NCBI GenBank assembly: GCA_964577395.1
Contig: CAZNYQ010000013.1
Span: forward strand, 6,409-70,408
Source: an uncultured Candidatus Saccharibacteria bacterium
GTDB lineage: Bacteria; Patescibacteriota; Minisyncoccia; JBAYJV01
Length of the DNA stretch: 64,000 bases
Direction of reading: 5' to 3'
Shown: positions 58,068 to 64,000 of the stretch, one piece after another
How positions within the stretch are numbered: position 1 is the stretch's first letter
Layout: every line of letters begins with the position of its first letter
Notes under the pieces: generated by a model
The model's input: only the letters and a program-made list of their open reading frames with translations
Database searches by the model: none
What the model was told of the DNA's origin: nothing
Program-made: the position numbers and the translations under genes

Positions 58068-60071
58068 ATGTCAGATCAATCTAAAAAACAAAAAGCATCA
58101 GTCCATAGTCAAGAAGATAATAACCATAATTCAGATAAAAAATTTATAGTTATTGAAACTATGCCTAAGGACCTAAAGGATGAAAAACAGGATACGACTA
58201 GTAAGAATAAGAATAACAAGAGGCAAGTCAACCATAAAGAAATTATTAAAAAAATTAAAAATACTAACAAGAAAAAGAAGCAAAAAAAAGGTTTTCTTAA
58301 TAATCTCTTAGGTGGAGGCAAGGAAAAAACATCTTATGAGAAAGGAGTTGCTACCTTAAAAGACTTATTAGCACCTTCAGCTCTTAAAATAGAATCTCAA
58401 TATCTTCAACTAGGCGATAAATACTTAAGGACTATTTTTGTCTTAAATTATCCTAGATATCTTCATAGTGCGTGGCTATCTTCCATTATTAATTTAGATA
58501 GAGTTTTTGATATTTCTATTTTTGTTCACCCAGTTGAAAGCTCAACTATCTTAAAAAATCTTCAAAAGAAACTAGCTCGTGTTCAAGCTCAAATTACAGA
58601 TCGAGAAGAACAGGGAAGAGTTCGTGACCCGAAGCTCGAAACTGCCTATAACGATATTGAAGATTTAAGAGATCGTTTGCAAACTGGACAAGAGAAGTTC
58701 TTTCAGGCAGGTGTATATTTAACAATTTACGCAGACAGCTTAAAAGACCTGGATGAGGGGGTTGCCGAGATTAGGAATATTTTAGAATCTCAATTAATCT
58801 ATGCTAAACCTGCTCTGTTTATCCAAGAAGACGGTCTTCATTCAACTTTTCCTTATGCTCAGGACAAACTTCAAGTTTTAACGAGCATGAATACGCAACC
58901 CTTATCGACTATTTTTCCTTTCGTTTCCTCGGATCTTAGCTCTAATAAAGGTATTCTATATGGGGTAAATAGGCATAATAATAGTTTAATTCTTTTTGAT
59001 AGATTTAATTTAGAAAATGCCAATATGGTAATTTTTGGAGTATCAGGAGCTGGTAAAAGTTACGCTGTTAAACTAGAGGTTCTTAGGCAGCTTATGACAG
59101 GGACTGATGTATTAATTATTGACCCCGAAAATGAATATCAGTATTTAGCAGAAGCAGTTGGAGGTACTTTTGTTAAAATATCATTAAGTTCACCATACCA
59201 TATTAATCCCTTTGACGTGCCCGAACCGGCTGAAAATGAAGATCTGGGTAGCATCCTAAGATCGCATTTTGGCACTATCACAGGTATGTTAAAAATGCTT
59301 TTAGGTAATTTATCAGCAGAAGAAGAGGCTATTTTAGATAAAGCAGTAATAGAAACATATGCTTCTAGAGATATTACCCCTGACAATGATTTTATGAAAA
59401 AAGATATCACGCCTCCTAAAATGCAGGACTTGCAAGAAGTTTTAGAAGGCATGGAGGGAGCTAAAAGCTTAGCGATTAAGCTGGAAAAATATACAAAAGG
59501 TACTTTCTCTGAATTTTTAAATAATTATACTAATATTGATATTAAAAAAGGATTAATGGTTTTTAATATTCGAGATGTGGAGGAGGAATTAAGGCCAGTA
59601 GCGATGTATGTAATTTTAAATTATATTTGGCGTTTAGTGCGGTCTAAATTAAAAAAGAGACTTTTAATAGTTGATGAAGCTTGGTGGATGATGCGTCATA
59701 AAGCAGGTGCGGAGTTTTTGTTTAGTATGGCTAAAAGAGCCCGTAAATATTATTTAGGATTAACAACTATTACTCAAGACGTAGCCGATTTTGCTAACTC
59801 AGAATATGGTAAACCAATTATAACCAACTCATCTCTTCAATTGCTCTTAAAACAATCTCCTGCCACTATTCAGGAAGTAGCTCGCATTTTTAACCTAACT
59901 CAAGAAGAAAAATATTTATTGCTAGAAGGAGAAGTAGGCGAAGGTCTTTTTTTCGCAGGACTTAAACATGTTGCTATTAAAATAGTAGCTTCTTACAGTG
60001 AGGATCAAGTAATTACCTCTGACCCAAAGCAACTTTTAGAGATTGAAGAAGCTAAGAAAAAACTTGGTTAA
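58068..60071 (+). CDS. VirB4/TrbE/ConE-family type IV secretion ATPase (central and C-terminal ATPase domains), with Lys/Asn-rich N-terminal linker
   Basis: Central region YLRTIFVLNYPRYLHSAWLSSIINLD is like the VirB4 middle domain. Walker A is FGVSGAGKSY and Walker B is LLIVDEAWWMM; DEAW is characteristic of VirB4. Confidence 0.8.
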   Translation: MSDQSKKQKASVHSQEDNNHNSDKKFIVIETMPKDLKDEKQDTTSKNKNNKRQVNHKEIIKKIKNTNKKKKQKKGFLNNLLGGGKEKTSYEKGVATLKDLLAPSALKIESQYLQLGDKYLRTIFVLNYPRYLHSAWLSSIINLDRVFDISIFVHPVESSTILKNLQKKLARVQAQITDREEQGRVRDPKLETAYNDIEDLRDRLQTGQEKFFQAGVYLTIYADSLKDLDEGVAEIRNILESQLIYAKPALFIQEDGLHSTFPYAQDKLQVLTSMNTQPLSTIFPFVSSDLSSNKGILYGVNRHNNSLILFDRFNLENANMVIFGVSGAGKSYAVKLEVLRQLMTGTDVLIIDPENEYQYLAEAVGGTFVKISLSSPYHINPFDVPEPAENEDLGSILRSHFGTITGMLKMLLGNLSAEEEAILDKAVIETYASRDITPDNDFMKKDITPPKMQDLQEVLEGMEGAKSLAIKLEKYTKGTFSEFLNNYTNIDIKKGLMVFNIRDVEEELRPVAMYVILNYIWRLVRSKLKKRLLIVDEAWWMMRHKAGAEFLFSMAKRARKYYLGLTTITQDVADFANSEYGKPIITNSSLQLLLKQSPATIQEVARIFNLTQEEKYLLLEGEVGEGLFFAGLKHVAIKIVASYSEDQVITSDPKQLLEIEEAKKKLG

Positions 60072-60090
60072 TATGTATCGTTAAACTTTT

Positions 60091-60414
60091 ATGAGTGTTA
60101 ACTCTCAAGGGCAATCAGCAGAGAATGAATATATAAGAAAAAGCAGATTAGATAGAGTTAGGCGCATAGCTATGAACAAAAAAGCTAAAAAGGAAGCAAT
60201 GCGTCAAGGAGCCAAAGAAAAACTTAAAAAACAAGCTAAGAAGAAAGCTGCCTCAGTAGCCTTAAAAAAGATTTTTATTGCGATTGCGCCTTACTTGTTC
60301 ATACTGATTATTGCTTTTATTGCTTTTGCTGGTTTGATATATTATGTTTGTGAGGGCGGAGGTCTTGTAGCGTCAATTCTACGTCTTACGTCCCTTGGTA
60401 ATGTATGTCCTTGA
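60091..60414 (+). CDS. hypothetical small bitopic membrane protein with Lys-rich N-terminus (T4SS-like locus)
   Basis: 107 aa with one TM helix (IFIAIAPYLFILIIAFIAFAGLIYYV). No recognisable motif. Confidence 0.4.
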   Translation: MSVNSQGQSAENEYIRKSRLDRVRRIAMNKKAKKEAMRQGAKEKLKKQAKKKAASVALKKIFIAIAPYLFILIIAFIAFAGLIYYVCEGGGLVASILRLTSLGNVCP

Positions 60415-60429
60415 TTATATATATAAAAT

Positions 60430-61203
60430 ATGTTTAATTTTTTGAAAATTCAAAGATTAGCTATACTTACTTTAGTTTTTTTAATAATTTCTTTTTCCTT
60501 TTCTACCATTTTTATTGCTCTAGCTGGAGATAGTTCAGCTGGGCCTGGTGAGTTTGATGAAAAGGAAAGAGAGCCCTTTGAATACAAATTGATGGTTCCT
60601 CTGCCCACAGCAAGCGGAACTGTGGCAACAACAACAGGCATTGTTGATTATATCAAAACTCTTTATCTTTTTGGCATGGGTATTGCAGGCATCCTTGCGA
60701 TGGCAATGATTATTGTTGGAGGTTTTCAATGGATGGGTGGAGGTAGTATTACATCAACAAGAGCTGCTAAATCTCGAGTTTCCAATGCTGTTCTAGGTCT
60801 AGTTTTATTATTAGCAGCTTATTTAATCTTAAACACTATAAATCCTGCCTTAGTTAATTTAAAAGAACCCTATATTTATTTTATAGAGTGGTACAGAGAT
60901 TTCCCTGATGATGGGAATACTGGAACAGGTGGAACAGGTGGAGGAGGTGGATCAGATCCATGTGATGATATGGATTCTTGTTCTGAGTATAATTTTTATA
61001 TTGATTGCGTGAATGATATTTGTTCGTTAGGATGTACTATCAGTGAATGTGATATTTTAGATAGTAGTGATACATTTGGATGTGTTCAGAAAAACATTAC
61101 TAGTTGTAGTGATTATATGTTTTCAATATCTTGCCAGACTGATCCTTGTGGTGTTGGCGGGTGTAGTTATGATACTAACACAAAAACTTGTGCTAATAAT
61201 TAA
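60430..61203 (+). CDS. VirB2/TrbC-like two-helix 'pilin-like' membrane protein with Cys-rich C-terminal domain
   Basis: Signal peptide ending at a candidate ALA|GDS cleavage site. Two hydrophobic helices (LYLFGMGIAGILAMAMIIVGGF and AVLGLVLLLAAYLILNTI) separated by a short basic loop, which is the T4SS pilin topology. Then a Gly-rich linker TGTGGTGGGGGS and a ~90-aa domain with 14 Cys. Confidence 0.4.
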   Translation: MFNFLKIQRLAILTLVFLIISFSFSTIFIALAGDSSAGPGEFDEKEREPFEYKLMVPLPTASGTVATTTGIVDYIKTLYLFGMGIAGILAMAMIIVGGFQWMGGGSITSTRAAKSRVSNAVLGLVLLLAAYLILNTINPALVNLKEPYIYFIEWYRDFPDDGNTGTGGTGGGGGSDPCDDMDSCSEYNFYIDCVNDICSLGCTISECDILDSSDTFGCVQKNITSCSDYMFSISCQTDPCGVGGCSYDTNTKTCANN

Positions 61204-61482
61204 AATATATTATTTTTTATAAAGAGGTAACTTAATTTTTGTGAGTACCTAATAATAATTTATTTATATATAATTTAGTTAATAACTAAGAAAACTTTAC
61301 AAAACTTAATGGCATCAATCGAGTGAATAGAGAAGGAGTTATCGATTATTTCTAGTTGATGATTAGTATATTTTTTAGTTAATGGTTGCCAGAAAAACAT
61401 TATTATAGATTAACGATTTGATTAATGATTTATAAAAATTAATTTTTCTTCTTATAAAATTTTATTCTTTAATATTATCAAA

Positions 61483-62709
61483 ATGAAACTTAATTTTCGC
61501 AAATTATTAATAATAGGAATCATAATATTAGGTATTGTTGTGCTTATTTTAGGCGTATGGATTCTTTTTTTTGGAGGCGAGAAAGATGGTCAAGAAAATA
61601 AGCCAATAGACATGGAAAACAGTAATTTAGAGAACGAAAGCAACGCTAGTGAGTTTAATCAATTAGAATCAGATATTCAAAGTCAAACTAAGGCAGATGA
61701 ATTTAATCAAAAGATTGAAGAAATAAAATTATCGGAAAAGGTAAGCATTTTATCAGATAGGCCAGTCATTGGAATTACTTTAAATAAAACAGGGGATAGA
61801 GTGGTCTATTATGATAGAGATACAGGTCAGGTTTTTCGTATTAGTTTTGACGGCAAGGTATGGGAAAGAGTTTCTGACATAGAAAATGATAACATTCAGA
61901 GCGTTCAATGGTCTCTAGATGGCAGCAAGTCAATTGTTAAAAATCAAAAAGGAGACACAATAGATACTTATATATATGATAGTCAAAATGGCCAAATATA
62001 TGACTTAAATGACAAGATTGGATCAATCGTTTTTTCGCCTGATGGAAGAAGAATACTTTATCATTTTTGGGATAGTTATAATAAGAGCAATATTGCAATT
62101 GCTAATTATGATGGCAGTAATTGGGAAGAACTTTTTAAAAGTAGTATGACAGGATTAAAACTTTATTGGCCTAAGCTTGATACGGTGGCTTTCCTATCGC
62201 CAGGAGGTGACTTTTATGGTGCTGATTTATATTTTACTAAGCTAGACTCACCTTATCAGTTAGATAAAATTTTAGATGATAAGTTTAATTTACGAGTTAA
62301 TTGGGCTCCTAGCGGAATAAGGTTATTGTATAGCTATAAGACAAAAAAAGAGAGTAGTCGTAGAAGGTTTTATTTAAGAGATTATGATAAAAAAACTGAT
62401 ACGTCTCTATCTTTCAATGCTTTACCTGAAAATTGTGTCTGGAACAAAGATGAAACTTCTCTATACTGCGCTGAAAAGACAACTAATTTTACTGATATTA
62501 TTCCCAATGATTATCAAAAAAAGCTATCTTTAGAAAGTGATAGCTTTTGGAAAATTGATTTTCAAGCTCAAGAATTTCAAGAAATATATATTCCTGAAAA
62601 GGAAGAAGAAAAGGTTTATAACATAGGAGAATTAATTGTTTCAGATAATGAAGACTATTTATTCTTTATCAATAAACTGGACGGGAAACTTTACAGCTTG
62701 AGAATTTAA
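61483..62709 (+). CDS. N-terminally anchored TolB-like beta-propeller (PD40-repeat) protein
   Basis: N-terminal TM. Recurring SxDG motifs (WSLDGSKSIV, FSPDGRRILYHF, WAPSGIRLLYSY) are typical of TolB / PD40 blades. Confidence 0.5.
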   Translation: MKLNFRKLLIIGIIILGIVVLILGVWILFFGGEKDGQENKPIDMENSNLENESNASEFNQLESDIQSQTKADEFNQKIEEIKLSEKVSILSDRPVIGITLNKTGDRVVYYDRDTGQVFRISFDGKVWERVSDIENDNIQSVQWSLDGSKSIVKNQKGDTIDTYIYDSQNGQIYDLNDKIGSIVFSPDGRRILYHFWDSYNKSNIAIANYDGSNWEELFKSSMTGLKLYWPKLDTVAFLSPGGDFYGADLYFTKLDSPYQLDKILDDKFNLRVNWAPSGIRLLYSYKTKKESSRRRFYLRDYDKKTDTSLSFNALPENCVWNKDETSLYCAEKTTNFTDIIPNDYQKKLSLESDSFWKIDFQAQEFQEIYIPEKEEEKVYNIGELIVSDNEDYLFFINKLDGKLYSLRI

Positions 62710-63870
62710 AATTGCTAAACCAATTATTAACCAGAAAATTATGCTTAAATCGTTTTTCCAGTAAAGAGTATCAACCAATCCGTGTATTAAGGTATAAGTC
62801 ATAAGTGAGAAAAGAAGCAAGCTAAAAGAAGCTTCTTTTTTATTTTGTCGAATGGTTCTTATGGTTTTTGTAAAAAACCGTTCTAAAATTACGAGAAAGC
62901 CAATAAAACCCACCAAGCCTGCCTGAAGCCAAAAAGCTAAAAAGATATTATGAGGTTGAGGAACAGCCCATTCTAAGTAGGATGGGTAAAATTCTTGATA
63001 ACTCAGGTAATGTATTTGAAAAGTACCTGGCCCAATACCTCCTATCCAATGGTCTTTTAATATATGGAGGGCAGAGCGCCATATTATTAACCTTGAATGT
63101 AGGCTGGATCTTTCGCTTGTTAAAATATTTTGAAATTTAGGATGGCAAAAGCCTATAATTAAAATTATTACAAAAATTAATAAAGCCAAACATATTTTTT
63201 TAATATTTTTTTTATCGATTAGAATTATCAAACTGCTTAGAAAAATACCAAGCCAAGCTCCATATGAAAAAGTAAAAAACAGCGTGACAGAAATTATTAA
63301 CAAAACAAAAGACCAAAGAAATTTCTTATTTCTTTTTTTGGGGGTTGTTAAAAGATTAAAAGCTATCAACCAGCAGGGAGCTAAATACATAGCTAAGTGA
63401 TTGGGGTGGAGGTAGAAACTACCAAGGCGATTATCATAGGTTAAAATACCTAGAAGGAGATAAAAAATACCTACTAGCGCCACTATAAAACCTGACCAAC
63501 AAAGAGCTCTTAAGAGCTGTTTTATTTTTGGCTTGGTGGTTAAGAGAATTATAAGAAAAAGTATAGGTATTAAAAACCAGCTTTTTAAAATACCTAAACT
63601 CTTTAAAATATTTTGCGACGTAAAACTTGTATAAGTTACTCCTATTAATAATAAAAAAATTCCTAGCAAAACAAGTAATTTTTGCTTTAAAACACTTTTA
63701 ATGTATTTTTTTACACTATAGATATAAAATAACCACCATAAAAAGGTTATTAAAATGAACATTTCTAAAAGATTAAAAGAAAAAATATCTACTTTAAATT
63801 TAATCAAATAGGTAGGTAGAAAAAAAATAATATAGCTTAAGGGATGGATATTTTTAAAATATTTTGACAT
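62659..63870 (-). CDS. O-antigen ligase-like (Wzy_C family) polytopic membrane protein
   Basis: About 10 TM helices. The loop motif QPHNIFLAFWLQAGLVGFIGF matches the H-N-x-(F/Y)-L ... G-x-x-G ligase motif. This is the second such protein in the window. Confidence 0.55.
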   Translation of the reverse strand: MSKYFKNIHPLSYIIFFLPTYLIKFKVDIFSFNLLEMFILITFLWWLFYIYSVKKYIKSVLKQKLLVLLGIFLLLIGVTYTSFTSQNILKSLGILKSWFLIPILFLIILLTTKPKIKQLLRALCWSGFIVALVGIFYLLLGILTYDNRLGSFYLHPNHLAMYLAPCWLIAFNLLTTPKKRNKKFLWSFVLLIISVTLFFTFSYGAWLGIFLSSLIILIDKKNIKKICLALLIFVIILIIGFCHPKFQNILTSERSSLHSRLIIWRSALHILKDHWIGGIGPGTFQIHYLSYQEFYPSYLEWAVPQPHNIFLAFWLQAGLVGFIGFLVILERFFTKTIRTIRQNKKEASFSLLLFSLMTYTLIHGLVDTLYWKNDLSIIFWLIIGLAILNSQAVKFPVQFIDKE

Positions 63871-64000
63871 TTATATTTATTCTAAATGAGCTTTTTTTTG
63901 GAGAAAAGCTATTTTTTGTCTTAATAAAGGGCAGTTAGTTAAATTAGGGTCTTGCCTTAGAAGGTTTTGAGCTTCTTTTTTAGCCATTTGGATTAATTCA

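Noticed and set aside
63880-63987. Short minus-strand ORF (MAKKEAQNLLRQDPNLTNCPLLRQKIAFLQKKAHLE) at the window end
   Set aside because: Only 36 aa with no motif. It is too short to support without comparative evidence.

Overview
This is an AT-rich (~32% GC), gene-dense bacterial window whose proteins and gene order suggest a reduced-genome, Gram-positive-type organism such as a CPR/Patescibacteria lineage. That lineage assignment is an inference. Most of the window is core housekeeping: rny, clpP-tig, H+-pyrophosphatase, nusA, rplS, rpsA, ftsH, rpsO-pnp, groES-groEL, ksgA, and nine tRNAs in three clusters. Four parts stand out. (1) At 3979-11027 there is an adenosylcobalamin-dependent ribonucleotide reductase module: a class II RTPR-like NrdJ with an N-terminal ATP-cone, a CobO/BtuR adenosyltransferase, a DUF4430-like corrinoid-binding candidate, a small polytopic membrane protein, and TrxA and TrxB. 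It is preceded by a two-Cys CsoR-family regulator and a perfect DnaA box. (2) At 35805-42036 and again at 62659-63870 there is a cell-surface glycan locus: two GT4 glycosyltransferases, two O-antigen-ligase-family proteins and a Wzz-like co-polymerase. Embedded in it is a GC-rich gene for a secreted Cys-rich protein that looks foreign. (3) At 44273-52571 there are very large signal-anchored surface proteins with internal tandem repeats. (4) The most interesting part is a co-directional ~13 kb locus at 48229-61203 ending in a minimal Gram-positive-style type IV secretion-like module. It has a VirB6-like polytopic protein with a ~750-aa charged coiled-coil tail, a PrgI/VirB3-like protein, a VirB4 ATPase split into two ORFs, and a VirB2/TrbC-like two-helix 'pilin' with a unique Cys-rich C-terminal domain. 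It is followed by a TolB-like beta-propeller and an O-antigen-ligase-like protein. No VirD4, relaxase, CRISPR array or rRNA was seen. Every call below rests on motifs I recognised by eye in the translations; none was checked against a database.
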